From positions 2,813-66,812 of the forward strand of contig CAZSAC010000002.1 in assembly GCA_964604875.1 (NCBI GenBank): DNA of 64,000 nucleotides, written 5' to 3'. This DNA is from an uncultured Bacteroidaceae bacterium (GTDB lineage Bacteria; Bacillota; Clostridia; Christensenellales; CAG-917). A program made the position numbers and the translations under genes. This document shows positions 1 to 9,250 of this stretch, in pieces (within the stretch, counting starts at the first letter, position 1; each line of letters begins with the position of its first letter). A model generated the notes under the pieces. That model made no database searches. It was not told the origin of the DNA and saw only the letters and a program-made list of their open reading frames with translations.

Positions 1-170
1 CTTGTCTTTACCTCTATAAAAACGATTGCGCCTTCTTTTGATTGCGCAATAATGTCCACCTCTATTCCAATTAATTTGGCATTGGTTTGCAAAATTTTAT
101 AGCCGTTTTCGATTAAGTATCCAACAGCTAAACTTTCCCCTCTGGTGCCCTCAAGCTTGCTTTTCATCAT
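1..170 (-). CDS. YraN-family (UPF0102) endonuclease-like protein, N-terminal part only (runs off the window start)
   Basis: Hand translation of the minus strand from ATGATG at 170/167 gives MMKSKLEGTRGESLAVGYLIENGYKILQTNAKLIGIEVDIIAQSKEGAIVFIEVKT. This fits the YraN pattern GE..A..YL...GY.IL..N....E(I/V)D(I/L)IA....FVEVK. It sits in the usual position downstream of rnhB and overlaps the rnhB stop by 20 nt. It is not in the ORF track because there is no stop in the window. Confidence 0.55.
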   Translation of the reverse strand, partial: MMKSKLEGTRGESLAVGYLIENGYKILQTNAKLIGIEVDIIAQSKEGAIVFIEVKT

Positions 171-789
171 TGAAATCCGAAACAAAGTTTCTTATAAAAG
201 TTTTACGGTGAAGCGGTGTCGCGCCCAACGCGCGGATGGCGTCAATATGCTTTGTCGAGCCGTAGCCTTTGTTTGACTCAAAGCCGTATTCCGGATATAG
301 CTTATCATATTCTCGCATCATTCTGTCACGGGTTACCTTTGCAACAATGGAGGCAGAACCTATGCTGTATGAAAGCTCATCGCCTTTTATAATCGAATGT
401 GTTTTATATGGAATATCCAATTTAACAGCGTCAATTAAAACTATGTCGGGTTTAATCGGCAATGTCATAATCGCACGTTTCATCGCCTCTTTTGTTGCGT
501 TTAAAATATTGATTTCGTCAATAACATCATTTTCAACACTGACTGTCGAATGACAAATTGAAGACTCAATAATCAAATCAAACAGTTCTTCACGCTTCTT
601 TTCAGATACCTTTTTACTGTCGTCTACACCGTCTACAATTTTATCCAAATCCATAATAATTGCCGTAACAGTAACTGGTCCGGCAAGAGGTCCTCTGCCG
701 ACTTCGTCAACTCCGCAAATATATTTACAACCTTGCGCTATGTATTTTTTCTCAAAAAATAATTTGTCTATATCTGTTGTTTTTTTCAT
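151..789 (-). CDS. rnhB: Ribonuclease HII
   Basis: 212 aa. N-terminal GVDEVGRGPLAGPV catalytic motif typical of RNase HII. ATGA overlap with the upstream rbgA. Confidence 0.9.
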   Translation of the reverse strand: MKKTTDIDKLFFEKKYIAQGCKYICGVDEVGRGPLAGPVTVTAIIMDLDKIVDGVDDSKKVSEKKREELFDLIIESSICHSTVSVENDVIDEINILNATKEAMKRAIMTLPIKPDIVLIDAVKLDIPYKTHSIIKGDELSYSIGSASIVAKVTRDRMMREYDKLYPEYGFESNKGYGSTKHIDAIRALGATPLHRKTFIRNFVSDFNDEKQA

Positions 790-1637
790 TGCCGAGGATA
801 TTCTAACATAATTTTTCCGATTCTTTGCTTTCTGAAATCGTCTAAAACCGCTTTTGCCGTACGGTCGTAATCTACCTCTGCGCCCTTCAAAACATAGCCT
901 CTTTCAACGGCAATTTGCTCGTATATTTCAAGCGGGGTTTGGGCAAGAGTTTCCAAATTGTATCTTGCTTTAAGCAGTTCTGAATGCGACGCGGATAAAA
1001 ATGTAATAAGTTCTAAACAAATGTCGTTTATATCCAAAACCTCGTCTCTTATGCTTCCAATAAAGGCGAGATGTTTGGCGATAGTTTCGTCCTCAAGCTT
1101 AGGCCATAGCGTACCCGGGGTGTCCAACATATCCACGCCTTTTGCCACGGCAAGCCATTGTTTGTTTTTGGTCACGCCGGGGCGGTCGCCCGTAATTGTG
1201 CGTTTGCCTCCGCATAAACTGTTTATCAGCGTAGATTTTCCGCTGTTTGGGATGCCGATTACCATACTTCTGATTGGAGTATTTACGCCCTTTTCACGAT
1301 ACTTTTCCACCTTATCGGATACAAGCTCGGCAAGCTTTTTCATAACCGTTTGACTGTCTCTGCCACCCGTGCTGTTTGAAGCTACATAAGCTAAGCCTTG
1401 TTTGTCGAAAAATTCAAACCATTTTCTAAGATCCGCCGACTCAACCATATCCGTTTTAGAAAAGCAATATAAAATCCGTTTGTTTTTTATTAAGCTGTCA
1501 AAGCAAGGATTTAGGCACGCAGAAACCGCGCGGCTGTCGATTACATAAATTACCGCGTCAACGATTTTCAGGTTTTCTTCAATAAGTCTAACGGCTTTGG
1601 ACATATGTCCGGGAAACCATTGTATAGGCTTGCTCAT
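786..1637 (-). CDS. rbgA: Ribosome biogenesis GTPase A (YlqF/RbgA)
   Basis: 283 aa. WFPGHMSKA N-terminus and circularly permuted GTPase motifs (SKTDM, GIPNSGKST, DTPG). Conserved synteny with rnhB. Confidence 0.9.
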   Translation of the reverse strand: MSKPIQWFPGHMSKAVRLIEENLKIVDAVIYVIDSRAVSACLNPCFDSLIKNKRILYCFSKTDMVESADLRKWFEFFDKQGLAYVASNSTGGRDSQTVMKKLAELVSDKVEKYREKGVNTPIRSMVIGIPNSGKSTLINSLCGGKRTITGDRPGVTKNKQWLAVAKGVDMLDTPGTLWPKLEDETIAKHLAFIGSIRDEVLDINDICLELITFLSASHSELLKARYNLETLAQTPLEIYEQIAVERGYVLKGAEVDYDRTAKAVLDDFRKQRIGKIMLEYPRQ

Positions 1638-1646
1638 AATTCCTCG

Positions 1647-2321
1647 CTATTTCTTCAATAAATCGGGACGGCGCATAGCTGTGATTTCATACGCCTTTTT
1701 CTTTCTCCACTCGTCAACCAAAGCGTGATTGCCCGACACCAAAACCTCAGGGACATCCATTCCCAAAAAATTTTGCGGACGGGTATATTGCGGATACTCT
1801 AACAAATTGGTAGAAAAGCTTTCCTCCTCGGTGGACTGTTCGCTGCCTAAAACATCGGGAATATAACGTGTTATGGCGTTTAATATAACCAAAGCAGGCA
1901 ACTCCCCGCTTGTTAAAACATAATCCCCGATGGAAATTTCCATATCGATATCCAAATCAATAACACGCTGGTCTATACCCTCATAACTTCCGCATAAAAA
2001 CAAAATATTTTGCTTTTGAGAAAGCTCCTTAACCAAGGCTTGCGTAAGCGGAACGCCTCTCGGCGATACGTTGATACGCGTATAACTGTGTGATGCGTCA
2101 ACGGCTTGGATAGCGTCGTGAATAGGTTGTGGAGTCATCACCATACCTGCGCCACCGCCAAAAGGATAGTCGTCGGTTTTTTTGTGCTTGTCTTGAGAAT
2201 AGTCTCTGATATTTTCTACCTCAACCGAAAACAAGTTTTTTTCGATTGCCTTGCCTAAAATACCGCTTTTTAAAACCTCAAAATATTCGGGAAAAAGGGT
2301 TAAAATTTTAAAGTTAGTCAT
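1647..2321 (-). CDS. trmD: tRNA (guanine37-N1)-methyltransferase
   Basis: 224 aa. FGGGAGMVM and GSYEGIDQRV motifs. Sits downstream of rimM. Confidence 0.92.
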   Translation of the reverse strand: MTNFKILTLFPEYFEVLKSGILGKAIEKNLFSVEVENIRDYSQDKHKKTDDYPFGGGAGMVMTPQPIHDAIQAVDASHSYTRINVSPRGVPLTQALVKELSQKQNILFLCGSYEGIDQRVIDLDIDMEISIGDYVLTSGELPALVILNAITRYIPDVLGSEQSTEEESFSTNLLEYPQYTRPQNFLGMDVPEVLVSGNHALVDEWRKKKAYEITAMRRPDLLKK

Positions 2322-2817
2322 ATACCGCTATCTCCTCAAAGCGTCTTTCGTCAACTTCTATCGTTTTTTTGTCAACGTCAACGTTTATCAAAACATCCTT
2401 GAGCGCGGGGAACATAACCGTTTTTCCGTTATCCGACAAAACATAGACGTCCGCCGCGCCGTGCTGTAGAACGTCAATCAGCGTGCCGAATATCTTTTTT
2501 TTGCACTTTACAACACAACCCAATAAGTCTACGATAAAGTATCTGTTTTCTTGCAGGGGTGTTGCGTTATCTCTGTCGACGGAAACAAATTTACCGCCTA
2601 AAAGTTCGGCGTCATTTCGGGTGTCTACGCCAACAAACTTTACGTAAACAACTTCACCGTCTATCCGAACGCTTTGGACGTTTAACTTCCGATTATCGTC
2701 GATAAACACACTTTTCAGCGTATTAAAACGCAGAACATTGTCGGTGATTGGAACAAGTTTCACTTCACCTTTAATGCCCTGTGCCTTAACGATTTTACCA
2801 ATAATCAATCCCGACAT
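2314..2817 (-). CDS. rimM: 16S rRNA processing protein RimM
   Basis: The start is trimmed to ATG at 2817 (MSGLIIGKIVKAQGIKGEVK...), which follows a GGAGGT ribosome-binding site. The longer track ORF (to 2916) would overlap the KH-domain gene. PRC-barrel-like C-terminus. Confidence 0.85.
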   Translation of the reverse strand: MSGLIIGKIVKAQGIKGEVKLVPITDNVLRFNTLKSVFIDDNRKLNVQSVRIDGEVVYVKFVGVDTRNDAELLGGKFVSVDRDNATPLQENRYFIVDLLGCVVKCKKKIFGTLIDVLQHGAADVYVLSDNGKTVMFPALKDVLINVDVDKKTIEVDERRFEEIAVYD

Positions 2818-2833
2818 ACTACCTCCTTGGGTA

Positions 2834-3064
2834 CTATTTTTCGGAAATGGTAACCGTATATTTTTTCCTCTCTCTTGCAGACGCGGCTTTAACAATCGTG
2901 CGGATAGATTTTGCAATTCTACCTTGTTTTCCGATAATCTTGCCGATATCTTCTTTTTTTGCGGAAATTATAATTTCTTTGTTGTTTTTTTCCTCGTTAA
3001 GCTCCACGGTGATGTCGTCGCTTCCCGAAAGCTCCTTCACGAGATACTGAACTAATTCAAGCAT
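2834..3064 (-). CDS. KH-domain RNA-binding protein (YlqC/UPF0109-like)
   Basis: 76 aa. IGKIIGKQGRIAKSIR is a GXXG KH motif. Conserved position between rpsP and rimM. Confidence 0.8.
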   Translation of the reverse strand: MLELVQYLVKELSGSDDITVELNEEKNNKEIIISAKKEDIGKIIGKQGRIAKSIRTIVKAASARERKKYTVTISEK

Positions 3065-3074
3065 ATTTCACCAA

Positions 3075-3323
3075 TTATTTTTCGATTATGCCGTTTTTCT
3101 TGAATAAAGAACGGACAGTTTCGGTGGGTTGAGCGCCTGTAGCAAGCCATTTCTTTGCGATATCTGCATCGATATTCAATACAACAGGTTCTTTCGTGGG
3201 GTCATAATAACCGATTTGCTCGATATATTGTCCGTCACGCGCTTTTCTGCTATCGGTTGCAACGATGCGATAGAAAGGAGCCTTTTTTGCGCCCATTCTT
3301 GTTAATCTGATTTTTACTGCCAT
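3075..3323 (-). CDS. rpsP: 30S ribosomal protein S16
   Basis: 82 aa. [22 protein letters not shown] is a canonical S16 N-terminus. Confidence 0.95.
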   Translation of the reverse strand: MAVKIRLTRMGAKKAPFYRIVATDSRKARDGQYIEQIGYYDPTKEPVVLNIDADIAKKWLATGAQPTETVRSLFKKNGIIEK

Positions 3324-3376
3324 TGTAATACTACCTCCGTAAAATAAGTGTATATATTTTTATTATTGTCGATTAG

Positions 3377-4690
3377 TTAAAAAGGAAACTTCATTCCTCT
3401 CATTCCGCCTTTGGAAAAACGTTTCATCATATCTTTGCTGAGCTCAAACTGCTTCAAAAGTTGATTTACGTCTTGTATGGTGGAGCCGCTGCCCGCCGCG
3501 ATACGCTTGCGTCTGCTTGCCTTTATGATATCGGGATTCGCCCTCTCCTCTGGTGTCATTGATTGGATAACCGCTTTCGTTTTAGAAATTTTATCTTCAT
3601 CGATTTCGGCATCGGCAAGCTTGCCCATGCCCGGCATCATTTTCAGCATTTTTCCTAGTCCGCCCATTTTTTTGACGCTTTCAAGCTGGGTTAGATAGTC
3701 TTGCAGGGTAAATGAGTTGGCTTTCATTTTCTTTTGAAGATTTAGGGCTTCTTCCTCAGAAAACGCCTCTTGCGCCTTTTCGATGAGCGTTAAAACGTCG
3801 CCCATACCCAAAATTCTGCTTGCCATACGCTCGGGATGGAAAGGTTCAATATCCTCCATCTTTTCACCGCTTCCGACAAACTTTATCGGTTTGCCCGTAA
3901 CCGCGCGGATTGATAACGCTGCGCCGCCTCGGGTATCGCCGTCGAGCTTTGTTAAAATAACGCCGCTGATTTCAAGTTGCTTGTTAAACGTATCGGCAAC
4001 GTTGACTGCGTCTTGTCCCGTCATACTGTCAACAACCAACAATATTTCGTTTGGTTTGACTTTCGCTTTGATGTTTTTCAACTCGTCCATAAGCTGTTCG
4101 TCAATGTGTAAACGCCCAGCCGTATCGATAATCAAAACATCTGTCCCTTGCTTGCGAGCCTCGTCAAACGCCGCCTCCGCAATCTTAACGGGATTGATTT
4201 GCCCTTGTGTGAATACCTCACATTTGGACTTTTCTCCAACTATTTGTAACTGCTTTATAGCCGCCGGACGATATATATCGCACGCCGCCAAAAGCACTTT
4301 TTTGTTTTGCTTTTTAAACATATTGGCAAGCTTTCCGCACATAGTTGTCTTGCCCGCGCCTTGCAAACCGCACATCATAATAACTGTCGGCGGACGGTCG
4401 GCTACGGCAACCTTTGTATGCGTGCTGCCCATAAGAGAGATAAGCTCATCATTGACGATTTTTATCACCTGCTGACTGCTGTTCAACCCTTTTAAGATGT
4501 CTTCGCCACAGGCTTTTTCGGTGACTACATTGACAAAATCCTTTACCACTGTAAAGTTTACGTCAGCCTCAAGCAACGCCACGCGGATTTCACGCATAGC
4601 CTGCCTAACCTCAAGCTCAGTCAAGCGACCTTTGTCTTTAAGTTTAGAAAAAATATGGTTCAACTTTGTGCTTAAACTGTCAAATGCCAT
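3377..4690 (-). CDS. ffh: Signal recognition particle protein Ffh
   Basis: 437 aa. GLQGAGKTT, DTAGR and TKLDGD GTPase motifs, plus a Met-rich M domain (MMPGMG). Confidence 0.95.
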   Translation of the reverse strand: MAFDSLSTKLNHIFSKLKDKGRLTELEVRQAMREIRVALLEADVNFTVVKDFVNVVTEKACGEDILKGLNSSQQVIKIVNDELISLMGSTHTKVAVADRPPTVIMMCGLQGAGKTTMCGKLANMFKKQNKKVLLAACDIYRPAAIKQLQIVGEKSKCEVFTQGQINPVKIAEAAFDEARKQGTDVLIIDTAGRLHIDEQLMDELKNIKAKVKPNEILLVVDSMTGQDAVNVADTFNKQLEISGVILTKLDGDTRGGAALSIRAVTGKPIKFVGSGEKMEDIEPFHPERMASRILGMGDVLTLIEKAQEAFSEEEALNLQKKMKANSFTLQDYLTQLESVKKMGGLGKMLKMMPGMGKLADAEIDEDKISKTKAVIQSMTPEERANPDIIKASRRKRIAAGSGSTIQDVNQLLKQFELSKDMMKRFSKGGMRGMKFPF

Positions 4691-4692
4691 AA

Positions 4693-5025
4693 TTATTCCT
4701 CCAGTTTATCTATAAGCGCTTTAACTTCGTCGGCAATTAAATCCAAATCGGCCGGAATATCGGAGAGCAAATTTTCCAAGCCAGATTTAACTTTTGTCAA
4801 AATTTTTCTAAGCCCAAGTTTGTTTTCAAACTCTACAAGCGACTTTTCACCTCGAACAATCGCGTCGCGCACTGCTTGCCTCGATATACCGAATTGCTCG
4901 GATATTTCAAAAAGGGAGATGTCACAATCATAATATAGACGCAACATTTCCGCTTGATGCTCAGTCAGCAACGCCCCGTATAGGCTTAGGTATTGGCTTA
5001 AGTTAAGTTTCTTCTCAATATCCAT
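4693..5025 (-). CDS. ylxM: YlxM-like (UPF0122) putative helix-turn-helix protein of the SRP operon
   Basis: Sits immediately upstream of ffh. LYGALLTEHQAEMLRLYYDCDISLFEISEQFGISRQAV is sigma-70 region-4-like. I prefer ATG at 5025 over the TTG at 5043 used by the ORF track. Confidence 0.75.
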   Translation of the reverse strand: MDIEKKLNLSQYLSLYGALLTEHQAEMLRLYYDCDISLFEISEQFGISRQAVRDAIVRGEKSLVEFENKLGLRKILTKVKSGLENLLSDIPADLDLIADEVKALIDKLEE

Positions 5026-5055
5026 AAAAAAGTGTAAAGGCAAAAACCTTTACAC
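5026..5055 (-). terminator. Intrinsic terminator after the ABC-2 exporter operon
   Basis: 9-bp stem gtgtaaagg/cctttacac (5032-5040 and 5047-5055) with a 6-nt loop, followed on the minus strand by T6 (5026-5031). Confidence 0.5.
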
Positions 5056-5093
5056 CAATATTATTATATAAAATTTTGTTTGTCAAACGAAAA

Positions 5094-5825
5094 TTAGTTG
5101 ATTTTCTGTTTTTTGGTAAAAATTATTACACTTATAACCCCGAAAACTGCGGGATATAAAAGCAATGGTATCAAATGAATTGCATCAAAGCCCGTGCCGG
5201 ATATTACTTCTCTCGCCGCATCGACAGCGTGCGCAAACGGGAAAATATAACCTATGGTTTCAAACGCTCCTCCAACCATTTTTAAACTAAACCAAGCGCC
5301 CGACATAAAGGTGCAAAGATTTACCAATAGCGTTCCGATGCCCGAAATCATACCTTGATTGCAGGTCACGCCCATCAAAAGTCCAATTTCGATAAATACC
5401 AAAGAAATAGGCAACACGCACAGTATGGATAAAAAAGCTCCGCCAGTAAAAGGCATACCGAAACAAAATGCAATGATATATAGTATTGCGGTTTGAATAA
5501 GCGTTATTGGAATAAACGGGATTGCGTACGCCAAAACAAAATCAGACGATTTTAAAGGCAAGGTTTGTAGCCTAGAAAAAAGCGAACTGGTTTTATCGCC
5601 GTTGATTTGCATCGCAGAAAACATCATATTTAAACTAAACCCTAATACCAACACTCCGGGCGCAATGTTTTCGGGTGCAAACATTTGGTTTACATCGGGC
5701 GCGCTTTTGCCGATACCTATAAAAATCAACAACAATATACTGGGAAAAACTATGCCTAAAAGCAAAGTCAGCGGGTCGCGTATTTGCTCTAAAAAATTAC
5801 GTTTTATCAATCCGTTTGCTCTCAT
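5094..5825 (-). CDS. ABC-2 type transporter permease
   Basis: 243 aa with about 6 hydrophobic segments. ATGA overlap with the upstream ATPase gene. Confidence 0.75.
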   Translation of the reverse strand: MRANGLIKRNFLEQIRDPLTLLLGIVFPSILLLIFIGIGKSAPDVNQMFAPENIAPGVLVLGFSLNMMFSAMQINGDKTSSLFSRLQTLPLKSSDFVLAYAIPFIPITLIQTAILYIIAFCFGMPFTGGAFLSILCVLPISLVFIEIGLLMGVTCNQGMISGIGTLLVNLCTFMSGAWFSLKMVGGAFETIGYIFPFAHAVDAAREVISGTGFDAIHLIPLLLYPAVFGVISVIIFTKKQKIN

Positions 5826-6556
5826 AATACGCCTCCGTGAACTATTCTCATATATATTTCGTCAATGGATATATTGTTTTCTTCGGGCTTAGTATATTTT
5901 TTACGCAGCTCTGACGGCGTATCAAGCTCAATCAGCTTGCCGTCTTTAATTACGCCCATTCGGTCGGCAAGCGCCTCGGCTTCCTCCAAATAGTGAGTGG
6001 TCAAAACGATTGTGCATTTTGATTTAAGCTCCTTAATAATGCGCCACAGTTCATACCTCGCTTCAATATCCAAGCCTAGCGTCGGTTCGTCCAAAAAAAG
6101 CACTTTTGGCTCGGTTATCAACGCCATTGCAATAGATAACCGACGTTGATTTCCCCCCGATAGTTTCTTCGCCTTAAGTTTTGGCTGTTGTAAAAGATTA
6201 AACCTTTCAGCCAATTCCTTAGCCGACGCCTTATCCTTCTTGCATATTTCCGCAATCATCTCAAGGTTTTCTAAAGCGGTTAAGTTTTTTGCTACGGCGG
6301 TTTCTTGCGGAGAAACCGCAATAACTTCTTTGACCGCCATCGCCTTTTTTGTTATATCATGACCGCATACTATCGCCGTCCCCGACGACGGCGTCGCCAA
6401 GCAAGAAAGCATTTTAATTGTTGTGGTTTTGCCTGCGCCGTTTGGGCCTAATAAAGCAAACACCTCTCCGTTGTAAATGTCAAATGTTAAACAATCAACG
6501 GCAATTTTATCCTTGTATCGCTTGCATAATTGATTTGTTTGAATAATAGTATCCAT
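5822..6556 (-). CDS. ABC transporter ATP-binding protein
   Basis: Walker A GPNGAGKTT, signature LSGGNQRRLSIA, Walker B LFLDEP. The start is trimmed to ATG 6556 (MDTIIQTNQL...); the longer track ORF overlaps the AbrB-like gene. Confidence 0.85.
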   Translation of the reverse strand: MDTIIQTNQLCKRYKDKIAVDCLTFDIYNGEVFALLGPNGAGKTTTIKMLSCLATPSSGTAIVCGHDITKKAMAVKEVIAVSPQETAVAKNLTALENLEMIAEICKKDKASAKELAERFNLLQQPKLKAKKLSGGNQRRLSIAMALITEPKVLFLDEPTLGLDIEARYELWRIIKELKSKCTIVLTTHYLEEAEALADRMGVIKDGKLIELDTPSELRKKYTKPEENNISIDEIYMRIVHGGVL

Positions 6557-6557
6557 A

Positions 6558-6767
6558 TCACTTTTCTCCGTCAAAAAAATTTTTGAAAATAATATGCGCC
6601 TTTTCTGTGGTAAAAATAGCGATACCGCTTTCCTCGTCACCTGTTACGAGAAGGGAATCACCTTCTTTTATGTTGAAAATATCCCTTGCCTCTTTGGGAA
6701 TAACAATCTGTCCCTTTGCGCCGACCTTTGCCATACCGAAGATATGTTTTTTGTCTAAAGATTTCAT
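6558..6767 (-). CDS. AbrB/MazE/SpoVT-family DNA-binding protein
   Basis: 69 aa. KVGAKGQIVIPKEARDIFNIKEGDSLLV is a looped-hinge-helix (SpoVT-AbrB) signature. Its stop lies 1 nt from the ABC ATPase start. Confidence 0.75.
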   Translation of the reverse strand: MKSLDKKHIFGMAKVGAKGQIVIPKEARDIFNIKEGDSLLVTGDEESGIAIFTTEKAHIIFKNFFDGEK

Positions 6768-6788
6768 CTACTCTCCTTATTTGGTTGA

Positions 6789-6824
6789 ATTAGTATAACT
6801 TGTATGATTAGTATAACTTGTATT
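6789..6824. repeat. Tandem 18-bp direct repeat (attagtataacttgtatg / attagtataacttgtatt), a candidate operator
   Basis: Read directly from the sequence: 17/18 identical, head-to-tail. It lies 22-57 nt upstream of the AbrB-like start and overlaps the predicted -10 and the transcription start. Confidence 0.6.
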
Positions 6825-6838
6825 GCTAATTTTGTCAA
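6810..6838 (-). promoter_or_regulatory. Sigma-A-type promoter of the AbrB-like/ABC operon
   Basis: Minus strand: TTGACA (6838-6833), 17-nt spacer, TATACT (6815-6810). Confidence 0.5.
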
Positions 6839-6941
6839 GTTTTTAACAAAAAATGTAAAATAGACGTTTTTTCTATACACAATTCTTTCCATTTATTATA
6901 GAATATGCTATTATATCTCTATTAAATTTAAGAGGTACGAT

Positions 6942-8012
6942 ATGAAAGTTTATAATTTTTCAGCAGGTCCGAGCGTTCTTCCCGAAGAAGTTTTATTAAC
7001 CGCTCAAAAAGAGCTAATCAATTATAACAATAGCGGTATTTCCATTATGGAAGCAAGTCACCGTGGCAAAATATATGAACCCGCGCACAACGAAGCTATC
7101 GAAAATCTGCGCGAGCTTTTAAATATCTCCGACGATTATGAAGTTCTTTTCGTTCAAGGAGGCGCATCGATGCAATTTGAAGCCGTGCCTCTCAATCTTT
7201 TGAAAAAAGGCAAAGCCGATTATTTGGTTACGGGCAACTTTGCAAAAAAAGCTTACTCCGAAGCAAAAAAATACGGCGATATTGTTGCCGCCGCCAGCAG
7301 CGAGGATAAAAACTTCACATATATCCCAAAATTTGATTCCAATACTTTCCGCTCTGACATTGATTATGTTCATTGCACTTCCAACAATACTATTTATGGA
7401 ACCCGTATGACAAAATTTCCTGAAGTTGAAACCTTGGTTTGCGATATGTCTTCAAACATCTTAAGCGAGAAAATCGACGTCAACAAATTTGGATTGATTT
7501 ATGCCGGCGCGCAAAAAAATATATCCTGCGCAGGCGTTACCATTGTTATTGTACGCAAATCCTTGCTTGGCAACGAAATGCCAATCTGCCCTACTATGTT
7601 GAAATATAGTATTCAAGCAAAAAATAACAGTTTATACAACACTCCTCCGTGCTTTGCAATTTATATTGCGGGGTTAACCTTTAAGTGGTTGAAAAAAATC
7701 GGCGGTGTTGAGGCAATCCAAAAAATTAACGAAGAAAAGGCTGCTTTGTTGTACGACTTTATTGACAACAGCGCTTTCTATACTAACCCCGTAAATCCTT
7801 CAGACCGTTCTATAATGAACGTGCCGTTCATTGCCCCGTCAGAGGAACTTAACGCAGAATTTGTCAAAGGCGCAGAGGCTGCGGGACTTATTTCCTTAAA
7901 GGGACACCGTCTGGTGGGCGGCATGCGCGCGTCTATATACAACGCTATGCCGATTGAAGGTATCAAAGCCCTAATCGAATATATGAAAAAATTTGAACTT
8001 GCAAATAAATAA
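6942..8012 (+). CDS. serC: Phosphoserine aminotransferase
   Basis: 356 aa. NFSAGPSVLPEEVL N-terminus. Followed by serA. Confidence 0.92.
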   Translation: MKVYNFSAGPSVLPEEVLLTAQKELINYNNSGISIMEASHRGKIYEPAHNEAIENLRELLNISDDYEVLFVQGGASMQFEAVPLNLLKKGKADYLVTGNFAKKAYSEAKKYGDIVAAASSEDKNFTYIPKFDSNTFRSDIDYVHCTSNNTIYGTRMTKFPEVETLVCDMSSNILSEKIDVNKFGLIYAGAQKNISCAGVTIVIVRKSLLGNEMPICPTMLKYSIQAKNNSLYNTPPCFAIYIAGLTFKWLKKIGGVEAIQKINEEKAALLYDFIDNSAFYTNPVNPSDRSIMNVPFIAPSEELNAEFVKGAEAAGLISLKGHRLVGGMRASIYNAMPIEGIKALIEYMKKFELANK

Positions 8013-8027
8013 TACAGCGAGGTAAGT

Positions 8028-9170
8028 ATGACAAAAGTTTTGAAGTTAAACTCAATAAGCAACCTTATCTATGACGCTCTCGACAGTAAGTATGAAGTAT
8101 CCGACGCTTGCGAAAATCCCGACATTATTGTGGTTAGAAGCGCCGCTATGGCTGATTACGTTGTTCCGCAAAGCCTTCTGGCTGTCGGGCGCGCGGGCGC
8201 AGGCGTAAACAATATTCCTCACGCCGACTACGCAAAAAAAGGTATTGTGGTTTTCAATACCCCGGGCGCAAACGCCAACGCCGTAAAAGAACTTGTTATT
8301 GCGGGTTTACTTCTCTCTTGCAGAAAGATTTACTCCGGCATTAATTGGGCGCAAGGCTTATCCGGTCAGGAAGACGTTGCAAAGCTGGTTGAAAAAGGCA
8401 AGTCTCAGTTTGTCGGAAACGAAATTCTCGGCAAAACCCTGGGCATCATCGGCTTAGGCGCAATCGGAAGGCTTGTTGCCGACAGCGCAATCGCCCTCGG
8501 AATGGACGTATTGGGTTATGACCCCTACCTTTCGGCTGACGTTCGCCTCAACGATAAAATCACCATAACAGACAATCTTGACGCAGTATACGCCGTGTCG
8601 GATTTTATAACCATACATGTGCCGTTTATGCCCTCAACCAACGGGTTTATCAATGCCGACGCTATCTCCAAAATGAAAGACGGCGTAAAAATTATCAACG
8701 CCGCGCGTGGCGAGCTGGTAAATAACGACGATATAATATCCGCCGTTCAAAGCGGAAAAGTCGGAAGATACGTTACAGATTTTCCCACCGAAAAGCTATT
8801 GGGCATTGAAAATATTATCACAATTCCGCACTTAGGCGCATCAACCTTAGAAGCCGAGGATAACTGCGCGGTTATGGTATCAAAGCAACTTGCCGATTTT
8901 GTTGAAAACGGAAATATTATTAACAGCGTGAACTATCCTATCCTAAAGCTTCCCAAAACGGGTAATGCCCGTCTAACAGTCTTATGCAAAGCCGACACCT
9001 CCATATTGGAGCAAATTAAAGCATCGTTTTCAGCAAAGCTTATCAACGTCTCCAGCGCTGCCCGTGGCGAAGTGATGTATATTATTGCAGATTTATCCTC
9101 CGCCCCCTGTGAGGAATGCCTTGCTAAGGTTGCCGACCTTGACGGCGTGTATAGAGTCAGAACTTGCTAA
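8028..9170 (+). CDS. serA: D-3-phosphoglycerate dehydrogenase
   Basis: 380 aa. NAD-binding GIIGLGAIGRLVA, a 2-hydroxyacid dehydrogenase core, and an ACT-like C-terminal domain. Confidence 0.9.
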   Translation: MTKVLKLNSISNLIYDALDSKYEVSDACENPDIIVVRSAAMADYVVPQSLLAVGRAGAGVNNIPHADYAKKGIVVFNTPGANANAVKELVIAGLLLSCRKIYSGINWAQGLSGQEDVAKLVEKGKSQFVGNEILGKTLGIIGLGAIGRLVADSAIALGMDVLGYDPYLSADVRLNDKITITDNLDAVYAVSDFITIHVPFMPSTNGFINADAISKMKDGVKIINAARGELVNNDDIISAVQSGKVGRYVTDFPTEKLLGIENIITIPHLGASTLEAEDNCAVMVSKQLADFVENGNIINSVNYPILKLPKTGNARLTVLCKADTSILEQIKASFSAKLINVSSAARGEVMYIIADLSSAPCEECLAKVADLDGVYRVRTC

Positions 9171-9173
9171 ATC

Positions 9174-9210
9174 AAAAAAACCTCCGCATAATACGGAGGT
9201 TAATTTTTTA
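9174..9210 (+). terminator. Intrinsic terminator after serA
   Basis: Stem cctccg/cggagg (9181-9186 and 9194-9199) followed by a T-run. Confidence 0.7.
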
Positions 9211-9212
9211 AG

Positions 9213-9248
9213 AAAAAACCGTTGGTTTATCCCAACGGTTTAATTTTT
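9213..9248. terminator. Bidirectional hairpin terminator
   Basis: 9-bp stem aaccgttgg/ccaacggtt (9217-9225 and 9232-9240), flanked by A6 and T5. It serves the minus-strand membrane-protein gene. Confidence 0.65.
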
Positions 9249-9250
9249 GT

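Noticed and set aside
2818-2916. N-terminal extensions of track ORFs: rimM to 2916, ABC ATPase to 6640, tyrS to 24521, aminotransferase to 25656, potA from 34565, malQ to 61055, GH3 from 16862.
   Set aside because: The extensions overlap the upstream genes and lack homology-like sequence. Internal ATGs preceded by GGAGG-type ribosome-binding sites give canonical N-termini.
3783-4475. 230-aa plus-strand ORF inside ffh. There are similar long antisense ORFs at 958-1353, 12034-12420, 20319-20888, 24632-25141, 28457-28983 and 43209-43562.
   Set aside because: These are shadow ORFs opposite strongly supported genes. Their Ser/Ile/Phe/Cys-rich low-complexity translations have no motifs or ribosome-binding sites.
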